A stretch of 64,000 nucleotides of DNA from IMG/VR virus record IMGVR_UViG_2871727361_000001, positions 2,590 to 66,589 of that record; one strand, given 5' to 3'. Position numbers and translations under genes: made by a program. Each line of letters opens with the position of its first letter. Position 1 is the stretch's first letter. The notes beneath the pieces are model-generated. The model was not told the origin of the DNA. It saw nothing but the letters and a program-made list of their open reading frames with translations, and did no database searches. Source of the DNA: a virus. Shown in pieces: positions 46,832-56,541 of the stretch.

Positions 46832-48046
46832 TTGAAACTCAATGCCCGCACAGTGGACACTTCCAAGGCCAGAGATAAAGCCTACAAGCTCTCTGACGGC
46901 GGCGGCTTGTATCTGCTGGTGAATACTAATGGCTCACGTTACTGGCGGTTAAAGTACCGCGTAGCCGGTAAAGAAAAGTTGCTGGCGCTGGGGGTATATC
47001 CTGACGTATCGCTGGCGGATGCTAGGGCAAAGCGTGACGAAGCAAAACGCACTTTGGCCGCTGGTGGTGATCCGGGCGAAGTTAAACAGACGGAAAAGCA
47101 GGCTAAGATTCTGGCGGTCAGTAACAGCTTTGAGGCACTGGCGATTGAATGGCATGAGCATAAGCGCCCCAACTGGTCACAGGGCTATGCCAGTGACATT
47201 CTGGAGTACCTGCAAAAAGATGTGTTCCCGTTTATCGGTAAACGTGCCATCGCAGAAATCAAAGCGGCAGAGATGCTGCTGGTGCTCAGAAAGATGGAGC
47301 AGCGCGGCGTTCTGGATAAGCTGAAGAAAACTCGGCAGGCTTGCAGTCAGATTTTTACCTATGCCGTTATTACTGGCAGGGCAGAGCATAATCCTGTTAC
47401 CGATCTCGCCGGCGCACTAAAAGCGCCAAAGCAAAAGCATTTCCCTCATCTTCTCACCGAACAGATTGGCGGCTTCCTTCGCGCACTTAGTGAATACACT
47501 GGCAGCAGGGTTACACAAAATGCCACCCGGCTGTTGATGCTTACTGGCACACGCACGATTGAGTTACGCGCTGCTGAATGGGCTGAATTCGATTTAGAGA
47601 AAGGCATCTGGCAGATACCTGCAGAACGGATGAAGATGCGCCGCCCTCATGTAGTGCCGCTTTCCATCCAGGCTAAATCTCTCCTTGAAGAAATTCACCA
47701 GCTGACGGGAAGAGGGCGCTATGTGTTCCCCGGGCGCAACGATGCAGGGAAGACGATGAGCGAGGCCAGTATCAATCAGGTTATCAAACGAATCGGTTAT
47801 GACGGTAAAGCTACCGGTCACGGCTTCAGACACACTATGAGCACCATTTTGCATGAGCAGGGCTATAACACTGCATGGATTGAAACGCAGTTGGCTCACG
47901 CAGATAAGAACAGTATTCGTGGCACCTACAACCACGCCCAGTATCTGGATGGACGCCGGGAGATGCTTCAGTGGTATGCCGACTACATGGAAGCGCTGGA
48001 GAACGGCGAAAACGTGGTGCATGGCACGTTCGGGAAACAGGCATGA
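46832..48046 (+). CDS. int: P4-family tyrosine integrase
   Basis: LSDGGGLYL, WRLKYR..GKEKLLALGVYP, RTIELR, HGFRH, QLAH, YNHAQY. Confidence 0.97.
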   Translation: MKLNARTVDTSKARDKAYKLSDGGGLYLLVNTNGSRYWRLKYRVAGKEKLLALGVYPDVSLADARAKRDEAKRTLAAGGDPGEVKQTEKQAKILAVSNSFEALAIEWHEHKRPNWSQGYASDILEYLQKDVFPFIGKRAIAEIKAAEMLLVLRKMEQRGVLDKLKKTRQACSQIFTYAVITGRAEHNPVTDLAGALKAPKQKHFPHLLTEQIGGFLRALSEYTGSRVTQNATRLLMLTGTRTIELRAAEWAEFDLEKGIWQIPAERMKMRRPHVVPLSIQAKSLLEEIHQLTGRGRYVFPGRNDAGKTMSEASINQVIKRIGYDGKATGHGFRHTMSTILHEQGYNTAWIETQLAHADKNSIRGTYNHAQYLDGRREMLQWYADYMEALENGENVVHGTFGKQA

Positions 48047-48062
48047 CTGTACGAATAGACAG
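48047..48062. promoter_or_regulatory. LexA-box-like site after int
   Basis: CTGT-ACGAATAG-ACAG. Confidence 0.6.
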
Positions 48063-48190
48063 TGCTAGCATACCGGAGTAGACTTTAGTAGACGAACAAA
48101 GAATAGGCTATGTCTAGGCTGATCCCCGAAAACCCGCACACCTCTGCGGGCTGGCATAGCCGCCAAAATAAGAGGGCGTGAGGTGGCGTT

Positions 48191-48511
48191 ATGTTAGATA
48201 TTGCGAAGGTTCTTAAGGAACGTGACAGTGAGTTTATAAGCCTTAGGGAGCTTATTTCCAGAATACGCTTACAGCAACCACATGTTGATGAGTCTCAGGT
48301 TGCTGATTTCCTTTACATTCAACATCAAGAAAATAACCTCGGTGAATGGGTTAAGCAAGGAATCGCTAAAACCATAGAACCAACTGATGGCGGTTATGAG
48401 GATGTAGAGCTTGAGTCGTTGCTAAAAGCTATTCACGAGGAGAAATGTGTTCCTGAGATAATAGAATCCCCGTGGCCAAAGATTGATTTTGATGATGATA
48501 TACCGTTCTGA
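48191..48511 (+). CDS. Hypothetical protein ending in SSB-tail motif
   Basis: 106 aa, C-terminus KIDFDDDIPF. Confidence 0.75.
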   Translation: MLDIAKVLKERDSEFISLRELISRIRLQQPHVDESQVADFLYIQHQENNLGEWVKQGIAKTIEPTDGGYEDVELESLLKAIHEEKCVPEIIESPWPKIDFDDDIPF

Positions 48512-48528
48512 TATCGGAGGAATTTAAT

Positions 48529-48990
48529 ATGGCAAAATCTTGGCCGGAAACTAAACAGCATTGGTCTGCTCCTCATTTTGACACTTATGGATTCAGACGT
48601 TCTGAATTAAAAGAGTTAGCGGATAAACTTGGGATCGATTTGTCTGTGCCTCTTGAAGAGGTCAAACCAGCATCTGTTAAGACTGATGAAAGAAATCCTA
48701 TGAGCGATTCCGATATTGAAATTTTGCGCATGGAGATAGACACGCTTAAGCGTCAACTTATCAAACTTGAAAATGAGCGACCAATTCTAATCAAAAAATA
48801 TCGAGAAGATGATCCCCTATTTCTTGCTATACAAATTAGAAATAAAGAATGGGCTAGATATGATCATGAGAATGATAGAGCCACGCGAGCAAACCAAGCT
48901 TCTATCAGGCATGAACTGGAAGAAATGGGTTTCACCAATCGCCAAGCAGAGTCGATAGAACTAGTTGCATGCCCCATTAAGCGGGGGTAA
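48529..48990 (+). CDS. Hypothetical protein
   Basis: 153 aa, GGAGG RBS, central coiled coil, C-terminal helical domain. Confidence 0.75.
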   Translation: MAKSWPETKQHWSAPHFDTYGFRRSELKELADKLGIDLSVPLEEVKPASVKTDERNPMSDSDIEILRMEIDTLKRQLIKLENERPILIKKYREDDPLFLAIQIRNKEWARYDHENDRATRANQASIRHELEEMGFTNRQAESIELVACPIKRG

Positions 48991-48997
48991 AACCCGC

Positions 48998-49139
48998 ACC
49001 CTCAGGGTAGTTAGGCGGAAAATCTTCTAACCCTGAGGGCTTGTTACTCCTAACCCTCAGGGTAGTTAAGCTTTCATGGGTAAGCGCAGCCATGAACCCT
49101 AAGGGTCTTTTCCGCATTATTCTCCCTCATGCTTGAGGG
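48998..49139. repeat. Palindromic ACCCT-N-AGGGT repeats upstream of alpA
   Basis: Copies at 48998, 49030 (1 mismatch), 49053, 49096; probable AlpA sites (inference). Confidence 0.7.
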
Positions 49140-49208
49140 TATGAAAATAAACATGTTTTTCATGCCATCATTTACCTTGTACACCGCAATAGACGTTACG
49201 AGGTAAAT

Positions 49209-49406
49209 ATGTCTCAATCACTAATTCGCTTATCAGAAGTTCAGCGCCGTACAGGCTATAGCAAGGCGTGGATTTATCGTTTGCTTAAAGAAAGTCGCTT
49301 TCCTCAATCAGTAAAAATTGGTTCCCGCGCTATCGCTTTCGTTGAAAGTGAAGTTGATGAGTGGGTTAATCAGCGCATCGCCGAATCTCGTGGCGAGGTA
49401 GCTTAA
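49209..49406 (+). CDS. alpA: AlpA-family regulator/excisionase
   Basis: LIRLSEVQRRTGYSKAWIYRL...FPQSVKIGSRAIAFVESEV. Confidence 0.95.
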   Translation: MSQSLIRLSEVQRRTGYSKAWIYRLLKESRFPQSVKIGSRAIAFVESEVDEWVNQRIAESRGEVA

Positions 49407-49825
49407 TGCAAAAGAAAACCCGCACAGAGGCGGGCATCGTCGGACAGGGCAGCACCTGTAATGATATGCCTATCGCCAATATTAAGCCAGCACCCAAAAA
49501 GCACCGCGCCCGCGTTTACATGATGCGCACCGGCGTTAATGGTTTCACTGAGAACGAGATCCTTCGATACTGCCGGCTGTCTTCAGGGAGAAATTATGCC
49601 TCCGATTTAGAACGACGGCTTGATATTCAGCTTGAGCGCATTAATGAGCCGAACGGCGACGGGATCGGCAGCCACTTCCGTTACCGGATCACCTGTCGCG
49701 CTGACGTGATGCGCGTTATCCAACTGGTTAACCGTAATGCTGAAGCTGGTGGGTATGCCGGACTGTCTCAGCATGAGGTTAACGAAATCCTTTCCCTGTA
49801 CCCGGATGCGTTCAACGTCGCTTAA
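49406..49825 (+). CDS. Hypothetical wHTH-like protein
   Basis: 139 aa coupled to alpA. Confidence 0.65.
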   Translation: MQKKTRTEAGIVGQGSTCNDMPIANIKPAPKKHRARVYMMRTGVNGFTENEILRYCRLSSGRNYASDLERRLDIQLERINEPNGDGIGSHFRYRITCRADVMRVIQLVNRNAEAGGYAGLSQHEVNEILSLYPDAFNVA

Positions 49826-49838
49826 CGGAGCCTGACAA

Positions 49839-50426
49839 ATGAAAACTGAAAAAAGCAGATTGAATTCTAAGGCCGCCCCTCAGCCTACCACCAGCATCAA
49901 CGCTATTTTCGCCGCTGATGAAGATAATATTTCGGTTATTAAATTCGAGGGGAAGTCGGTGCGAATCGTCAGCATTTGCGGTGAGCCGTGGTTTATCGCC
50001 AAAGATATTTGTGAGGCGCTGGAAATTTCCGATCACAAAGTCGCATTGCGTCGATTAGACCACGATGAGAAGGGGGAGTGTTTAACACCCACCCCCGGAG
50101 GCCAACAGCTTATGCGCACAGTTGGTGAATCCGGTTTCTACAAATTGATCGCCCGCAGCCGCAAGGCCACCACACCCGGCACATTCGCCCATCGATTCAC
50201 TAACTGGGTATTCCGTGAGGTCATCCCATCTATCCGCAAGACGGGCAGCTATGGTGTTCCGTTCGCTTTCCTGAACGATCACAGCAAGCGACAGGCTGCC
50301 TATGACAAGAAGGCCAGCAAGCGCGGCAAAGACCTTCAATCCTGCAAAGCCGAAAAATCACGCCTGATTGCAGAAGAGGCTGAGTTATGGCGCAAGTATC
50401 AGCCCCAATTGCCGGAGGTTCACTGA
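49839..50426 (+). CDS. Bro-N domain protein
   Basis: EPWFIAKDICEAL, GGQQLM..V.ESGFYKLI.RSRK, WVFREVIPSIRKTGSY. Confidence 0.9.
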   Translation: MKTEKSRLNSKAAPQPTTSINAIFAADEDNISVIKFEGKSVRIVSICGEPWFIAKDICEALEISDHKVALRRLDHDEKGECLTPTPGGQQLMRTVGESGFYKLIARSRKATTPGTFAHRFTNWVFREVIPSIRKTGSYGVPFAFLNDHSKRQAAYDKKASKRGKDLQSCKAEKSRLIAEEAELWRKYQPQLPEVH

Positions 50427-50871
50427 TGAACGCCGCCCAAGTTAAAGGCTTCCCGCTGGCTGGCATGACGTCCGGGCACTATATCTACCCGCCTGATATG
50501 GCTGCCGGGAACCTCACAAAACCAGACATTGAGAGCAGTCCCGGAGCGGCCGGCTTGTTGTCAAAAGTTGATATTCAAAACCTGAGAAAACCTGAATTTG
50601 ATGCCGAGTCAGCAAGTAGTTTCGTGACCAGTACGCGAGGGCTGGCCACTGGCAACCGTTTCGATACCGCAGCGCCCGGAGTTTCGTTAGCAGTACGCGA
50701 GGGCGAGGCGCTTACCCTCAATAAGGTGGTGAGCTATGCACAGGCAAAACTCTTAAAGAGTTACGGTTTAAAGAAGGGCGGCAATACTCAGGCGGGACTG
50801 GTTGTGTTTCTGGAGTCCGTAAAAAAGGGCGGGATTTCAAATCCGCCCCTTTGCAGTATGCAGGACGACTA

Positions 50872-51057
50872 TCAGCCCTTTGGTTCGATGCCTAAACGCT
50901 CAAGCTCTTTGCGTCCTAGCGTCTTGAGCCAGTTAGCCAAACTCACACCGGACTCAGCAGCCACAGATTCAAATTGTTCTTTAAGTTCCGGGGTTATCCG
51001 CATTCTGAATTGTGGGGATTGCCCTTCACCTTTTGGACTCTTATCGCGCTTTATCAT
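50872..51057 (-). CDS. RHH DNA-binding protein
   Basis: PQFRMRITPELKEQFE..A..SGVSLANWL; operators AGGTGGTCACCT at 51062 and 51097. Confidence 0.75.
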   Translation of the reverse strand: MIKRDKSPKGEGQSPQFRMRITPELKEQFESVAAESGVSLANWLKTLGRKELERLGIEPKG

Positions 51058-51205
51058 TGACAGGTGGTCACCTATTAAATTAATCTCACCGTTATTAGGT
51101 GGTCACCTTATCATTGTGCTACCTATAAAAACAATGCCCCGCAGTGGTGGAACACTAACAGGGCATCTAACTACCAGCGTTATTATCAGTAACGAGGAAG
51201 CTGTT

Positions 51206-51439
51206 TTGAATCATACCACACACCCGCAAGGGCGGAACGCTCACGACCTGAATTCAGAGGCACAGCAGCCGTCATTTATCTGGCTGATTGCTGCCGTTCC
51301 GCGTAATTGCCAGACAATCACCGCAAAGATTCACCATATCGAAGCACAATCCGAGCGCGAAGCCCGTCAGTCGCTTGCTCGTGATCACGTCACATTCTTT
51401 GCCGGACGCATACGCAAAGGAGGTGCTTATGCTCACTAA
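51206..51439 (+). CDS. Icd-like host cell-division inhibitor
   Basis: FIWLIAAV...IEAQSEREARQSL....FFAGRIR; TTG start after GAGG. Confidence 0.75.
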   Translation: MNHTTHPQGRNAHDLNSEAQQPSFIWLIAAVPRNCQTITAKIHHIEAQSEREARQSLARDHVTFFAGRIRKGGAYAH

Positions 51440-52073
51440 TACCGCGCCAGCAATCAGCCAGGCCATGCCAGCCGTAGAGTACCGGGGCCAGCGTGTCGTG
51501 ACGTTTGCCATGATTGACGAGGCCCACCAGCGCCCTGATGGTTCAGCGCGTCAGGCTTTTAACCGTCATATTGAGCATTTCATCTCCGGCACTGACTTTG
51601 TAAAGGTTTCAGCCGATGAATACCGCGCCCTTCTTTCCAGTCAGTACGCCATAGACACGCGCAAAAAGTGCGCGTCTATAAAAGACACGCGCAAAAAATC
51701 AGCAGAAAAAATCACCGAGGACGTGACGCTGATATTTGAGTCTGGCTATTTGATGGTTGTAAAACCGTTCAAAGACTCGCTTTCGTGGCAGGTACAGCGC
51801 GAGCTGGTCAACAGCTATTTCCGCCCGTTCGCCGCCTTTGCTGACATTCGCCCGATCCCCATTCCTACGCTGGCAGAGCTGGACGCCATGCCGTTACAGC
51901 AGGCGCAGAGCGCCATCGCTGCCGCAGAGCGTAAATCCCACTGGCGACACGGAAAGCACGGCAGCGCAGAGATGAACCAGCGCAGGCGCGAGCTGAAACT
52001 AATCAGGCCCGCCATTGCATACCTGACCGCCATTACACAGATGACTATCCCCGGACTGGAGAACGTGAAGTGA
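51429..52073 (+). CDS. ORF6N-domain protein
   Basis: EYRGQRVVTFAMIDEAHQRP.G.AR..FNRH, LIFESGYLMVVKPFKD.LSWQVQRELVNSYF. Confidence 0.88.
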   Translation: MLTNTAPAISQAMPAVEYRGQRVVTFAMIDEAHQRPDGSARQAFNRHIEHFISGTDFVKVSADEYRALLSSQYAIDTRKKCASIKDTRKKSAEKITEDVTLIFESGYLMVVKPFKDSLSWQVQRELVNSYFRPFAAFADIRPIPIPTLAELDAMPLQQAQSAIAAAERKSHWRHGKHGSAEMNQRRRELKLIRPAIAYLTAITQMTIPGLENVK

Positions 52074-52246
52074 ACCGCAAAGACCAACTCACACAGAATG
52101 ATGCTATCGACGCGCTGGGGAAAATCCGCGCCCTTCTCAATGCTGCCATGTTTCTGACTGCCAGCGATGAAGAGTCGGAAGCCGGGGCGGATCTGATCCA
52201 GATTGCCGAGCGCGTGGCAGCCCGTGCGCTGGGAGGCGAAGCGTGA
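52070..52246 (+). CDS. Small helical protein (58 aa)
   Basis: Manual ORF with GTGA overlaps at both ends. Confidence 0.6.
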   Translation: MNRKDQLTQNDAIDALGKIRALLNAAMFLTASDEESEAGADLIQIAERVAARALGGEA

Positions 52247-52437
52247 GCCATGAAATCACATTAGAGCAGGCGGCAGAACGCGCCCACCAGATAGAAATCA
52301 TCGCGCGGATGATAGAGCAACACCCGCACCGCATGGACTGGTCAGAGGTGGAAGCCGTCGCGGCGCTGATTGGTGAGCTGTCAGGCAGCGTTGTGATATG
52401 GCTGGGGGGAGAGATGGCGCAGAGGGCGGCAAAGTGA
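52243..52437 (+). CDS. Small helical protein
   Basis: 64 aa, GGAGG RBS, overlap. Confidence 0.65.
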   Translation: MSHEITLEQAAERAHQIEIIARMIEQHPHRMDWSEVEAVAALIGELSGSVVIWLGGEMAQRAAK

Positions 52438-52613
52438 ATAAAAAGCTAAGCAATGAAACCGTCATGTGCCGGATTCAGCAGGCGCAGACCGTGCTCAGCG
52501 TATGGCTGAACAGCATGACCAAGGATGACGGCAACGCGCCCGATATGGTGGACGCCGTGCTGACAATTTTAGACGGGCTGGCCGATTCGCTGGCTATGGA
52601 GGGCGACCAGTGA
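52434..52613 (+). CDS. Small helical protein
   Basis: RIQQAQTVLSVWL; start set at GTG 52434. Confidence 0.65.
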   Translation: MNKKLSNETVMCRIQQAQTVLSVWLNSMTKDDGNAPDMVDAVLTILDGLADSLAMEGDQ

Positions 52614-52828
52614 GCCGGATCATTAGCGCAGAAGATGCGTGTTGCCAAATTTCACAGGCGCAGGCAGTTCTTTCCCTTTGGCTTGAAGCGGAAAGCGGCA
52701 GCAACGAGCGTGCCTGCCAGATTATCGGGACGCTTATCACGTTGCTGGATGGCGTGCCGGAGGCGGTGGACGCGCTGATCGGTGACGTCATGAGGCTGGA
52801 GAACAACCGGGGCGGGGGGAAGCCATGA
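52610..52828 (+). CDS. Small helical protein, paralogue of previous
   Basis: QISQAQAVLSLWL...ITLLDGV. Confidence 0.65.
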   Translation: MSRIISAEDACCQISQAQAVLSLWLEAESGSNERACQIIGTLITLLDGVPEAVDALIGDVMRLENNRGGGKP

Positions 52829-53400
52829 AAGTAGGACGGTACGCAGAAGCAACGCCAGACGGAATCAGGGACGGGAATTCCCTGACGGGCTACCGCACCG
52901 CAATCCGCAAGCTGGACGCCGGGGACTCAGACGGCGACCTTTTCACAGGGCTGAGAGCGATCTCTCTGATATGGGAGGCGGAACGCCTGGGCTATTTCAC
53001 GCCGACCGGCGAGCAGTGGGCCGAGACGTGGCGCTGGGTAGTCGCCGCGCTTTTCATCATTGAGCAGAGAGAGACCTACAGCACCATCGAGGTGAAAAAC
53101 GAGCAGGGAGGAACCGACACCGCCACCATTTACGCCGGAGAGCATGGCGCGATTGCCGTTTATCCGGCAGCGGAGCGATTTTCACTGGCAAACCACATCG
53201 AGGGTCTGGCGCTGGAGAAGTACGGCGCAGAGGCTGGCTATCCGCTTGCCGTGGGCATCTATAAGACGATGACGGAAGCCATACCCGGCAAGGGACTGAG
53301 GCTGTCAGAGCAGGGGCGGATGGCGCTGGCGATGCTTCATGACGGATTTATCGAAATGCTGAACAGCGAGGGCGTACCTGATGCGCCGGTAAAGCACTGA
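52825..53400 (+). CDS. Hypothetical satellite protein
   Basis: 191 aa coupled ORF. Confidence 0.7.
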   Translation: MKVGRYAEATPDGIRDGNSLTGYRTAIRKLDAGDSDGDLFTGLRAISLIWEAERLGYFTPTGEQWAETWRWVVAALFIIEQRETYSTIEVKNEQGGTDTATIYAGEHGAIAVYPAAERFSLANHIEGLALEKYGAEAGYPLAVGIYKTMTEAIPGKGLRLSEQGRMALAMLHDGFIEMLNSEGVPDAPVKH

Positions 53401-53408
53401 GAGGCCAG

Positions 53409-53759
53409 ATGATGACAAAAAACTTTGAATTAAACGCCCTGGCTAGCCAGTTCGCCGCAGCCGTGTATGACAGCGTAAGGCAGCAGAACGGGGGCGACTG
53501 GTTTCCGATGACCATTGGCGGCGCTCGCATTGAGGTGGCCGTTACCGATGGGGCAAAGGGTATTCGTGAGCTGGTGGACTCGTTCGCCCTGACCCCGCTC
53601 AAAGAGGGGTATCAGCAGTGGGAAAGAATGGGGATCGTGCTGATGAAGAAATGCCTCACAGGGCACGGACTGACTGAGTTCGGCGGGGAGATCTGGAAAA
53701 GTATGATTGCAGATATGGCGGAGTCACTGGCAGAAGGGGGGATCGATGAAAAGCATTGA
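53409..53759 (+). CDS. Hypothetical satellite protein upstream of primase
   Basis: 116 aa, overlaps primase start. Confidence 0.7.
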   Translation: MMTKNFELNALASQFAAAVYDSVRQQNGGDWFPMTIGGARIEVAVTDGAKGIRELVDSFALTPLKEGYQQWERMGIVLMKKCLTGHGLTEFGGEIWKSMIADMAESLAEGGIDEKH

Positions 53760-56511
53760 GCTGATCCGCGAAGTCACCGCCGCCGCCGCAGGGCGCTGGC
53801 CTCATGTGCTGGCCGGCCTGTCTATTGACGTTCCAGACTCACCGCGCCGCCATGCCGCGTGCCCCGCTTGCGGGGGATCTGACCGGTTCCGGTTCGATGA
53901 TAACGGGCGGGGTTCACACATCTGCAACCAGTGCGGGGCTGGCGACGGGCTGGACTTAATAGCCAAGGTGAACCAGTGCGACGCTACGGAGGCGGCAAAA
54001 CTCGCCGCTGACGTGATGGGTATTGATTACCGGGCAACACAATCACCCGAAGAGGCCAGCCAGAGAAAGCAGCAGGCCGAATCCATGCGCCACCGGCGCG
54101 AGCAGGAGCGCCAGAAACAGGCCGCAGACGAAGCCGAGCAGCGCCGGAATACCTTTGCCCGCCTGTTCAGTGAGCGCCTGCAAAGCAGCGCACAGGGGGA
54201 ATCGGTTTACCTGTCCGGCAAAGGGCTGGCCGGGTTCACCTTCCCGATCCTGCCCGATGGGTCATTGCTCCTGACGCTGGTGGATGATTCAGGCGAGGTT
54301 GTGGCGGCGCAGAACATTACTCCACGCGGAGAAAAGCGACTTCTGACCGGTTCGGCAAAGCGCGGGGCATATCACGCCGTCAACGCAACGGCAGCGCCGG
54401 AGAGCGTCTTAATTGCCGAAGGGCTGGCGACGGCCTTGTCCATTCACCTGATGCGACCTGACGCGCTGACCGTGGCGGCGGTTGACGCGGGCAACCTGCT
54501 GCCCGTGGCTGAGGTTATGCGCCGCAGATACCCGGACGCGCAGATCGTCATTGCCGGGGATAACGATTATCACGACGACGAACAACCGAATACCGGGAAG
54601 TTGGCAGCAGAGAAAGCCGCGCAGCGCGTTTCCGGTTCGGTATCAATCCCGCCGGGAGAGCAGAAATTCGACTGGGACGACTACCGCCAGCAGTTCGGTA
54701 CAGAAGCCGCCAGAGCGGCGCTCAGGGATTCGATTTATCAGCCGGAGGGCGTGCAGGTGAAACCACAGTTACAGGCGATTGATGGCGGTAAGGTTACGGT
54801 AAGGGATGAAGCATCCGACCCGCTGAAGCCGCGCATTGAGAGCCGCGCCGATGGGGTTTTCTGGATAACGCCAAAGGTTGATAAGGATTCAGGCGAGATA
54901 ATCAATAACGAGAGCTGGTTATGCTCACCGCTGGAGGTTATCGGTACCGGAAGGGACGATAAAGACCAGTATCTGATTGTGTCCTGGCTGGCGTTCGGCG
55001 CTGATTCACAGACGACGGCAGCGATCCCGCTGGCAGATATTGGCGAGCGTGAGGGCTGGAAAAGGTTGAAAGCTGGTGGCGTGAACGTCACCACGAAAAA
55101 CGCGCTACGGGCAACGCTGGCCGACTGGCTGCAAAGAAGTGGAAGCCGCGAGCTGTGGCGCGTGGCCGACGCGACGGGATGGCAGTCTGGCGCATATATC
55201 ATGCCCGACGGCGACGTTATCGGGCAGCCTGAGCGCCCCGTGCTGTTCAACGGCAGAAGTTCAGCCGCTGCCGGCTACAGGGTCAAAGGCTCAGCAGAGA
55301 GCTGGCGTGATTCAGTTGCCCGGCTGTCGTATGGCAATTATTCGATGATGACCGCCGTCGCCGCCGCGCTGGCCGCACCATTGATCGGACTGGCAGAGCG
55401 AGACGGGTTCGGCATCCACTTTTACGAACAGTCGAGCGCGGGGAAGACCACCACGCAGAACGTGGCCAGCAGCCTCTACGGCAATCCCGACGCACTTCGC
55501 CTGACGTGGTACGGGACGGCGCTGGGGCTGATAAACGAGGCCGCCGCCCACAACGACGGCCTGATGCCGCTGGATGAAGTCGGGCAGGGTTCAGATCCGG
55601 TCAGCGTTTCACAATCCGCATATGCGCTTTTTAACGGCGTTGGCAAGCTACAGGGCGCGAAAGAGGGAGGGAACCGGGACTTAAAACGCTGGCGAACTAT
55701 CGCTATCAGTACCGGTGAAATGGACATGGAAACATTCATCGCCACTTCAGGCAGGCAGACCAAAGCGGGCCAGCTTGTCCGGCTCCTGAACATCCCCATG
55801 ACTAAGGCGGTCAATTTCCACGGGTACAAATCGGGTAAAGACCACGCTGACGCGCTGAAATTCGCCTGGCAGAAAAACCACGGGGCAGCCGGCAGGGCAT
55901 GGGTGAAGTTACTGGCGGGCGACAAAGACAAAGCGGCCAGAACTGTTCGTGAGTGTGAGGAACGCTGGCGCAGCCTGATTCCCGCAGACTATGGGGAGCA
56001 GGTACACCGCGTCGGCGGCAGGTTCGCCATTCTGGAGGCCGCTTTGCTTCTCAGCAGCGCAATCACTGGCTGGGATGCTCAGGCGTGCCGTGACGCTATC
56101 CAGCACGCCTATAACGCATGGCTGAAAGAGTTCGGCACAGGGAACAAAGAGCACCAGCAGATCATTGAGCAGACCGAGGCTTTTCTTAATGCCTACGGCC
56201 TGAGCCGGTTCGCCCCGTTTCCCTACGATCCGGCCAGCCTGCCAATACAAAACCTTGCCGGTTATCGGCAGCGAGGGGCGCACGACGATTCACCGATGAC
56301 GTTTTTTACCCTGCCCGCGACGTTTGAGAAGGAGATCGCCAGAGGATTCAACAAGCAACAGGTTGCCCGCGTGCTCAAAGAAGCGGGGATGCTTAATCCG
56401 CCAGCAGACGGCAGAGGCTACCAGCGAAAAACGCCAAGGATCGACGGCAGGCAAATAACCGTCTACGTCCTGCAATTTTTGCCGGAGGAAGAGGAAGGCC
56501 AGCCAGATTAA
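53746..56511 (+). CDS. Primase-helicase (Zn ribbon + TOPRIM + DUF927)
   Basis: CPACGGSDRFRFDD..C..CGAGDG, AEGLATA, IAGDND, SSAGKTT, LDEVGQ. Confidence 0.93.
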   Translation: MKSIELIREVTAAAAGRWPHVLAGLSIDVPDSPRRHAACPACGGSDRFRFDDNGRGSHICNQCGAGDGLDLIAKVNQCDATEAAKLAADVMGIDYRATQSPEEASQRKQQAESMRHRREQERQKQAADEAEQRRNTFARLFSERLQSSAQGESVYLSGKGLAGFTFPILPDGSLLLTLVDDSGEVVAAQNITPRGEKRLLTGSAKRGAYHAVNATAAPESVLIAEGLATALSIHLMRPDALTVAAVDAGNLLPVAEVMRRRYPDAQIVIAGDNDYHDDEQPNTGKLAAEKAAQRVSGSVSIPPGEQKFDWDDYRQQFGTEAARAALRDSIYQPEGVQVKPQLQAIDGGKVTVRDEASDPLKPRIESRADGVFWITPKVDKDSGEIINNESWLCSPLEVIGTGRDDKDQYLIVSWLAFGADSQTTAAIPLADIGEREGWKRLKAGGVNVTTKNALRATLADWLQRSGSRELWRVADATGWQSGAYIMPDGDVIGQPERPVLFNGRSSAAAGYRVKGSAESWRDSVARLSYGNYSMMTAVAAALAAPLIGLAERDGFGIHFYEQSSAGKTTTQNVASSLYGNPDALRLTWYGTALGLINEAAAHNDGLMPLDEVGQGSDPVSVSQSAYALFNGVGKLQGAKEGGNRDLKRWRTIAISTGEMDMETFIATSGRQTKAGQLVRLLNIPMTKAVNFHGYKSGKDHADALKFAWQKNHGAAGRAWVKLLAGDKDKAARTVRECEERWRSLIPADYGEQVHRVGGRFAILEAALLLSSAITGWDAQACRDAIQHAYNAWLKEFGTGNKEHQQIIEQTEAFLNAYGLSRFAPFPYDPASLPIQNLAGYRQRGAHDDSPMTFFTLPATFEKEIARGFNKQQVARVLKEAGMLNPPADGRGYQRKTPRIDGRQITVYVLQFLPEEEEGQPD

Positions 56512-56541
56512 TTCTCTTTTTTCACGTGTGAGGAATTGCTG

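Noticed and set aside
50618-50704. Mini-CRISPR or solitary repeat unit (62-bp period)
   Set aside because: Only two copies with 3 mismatches, no palindrome, no resemblance to I-E/I-F repeats
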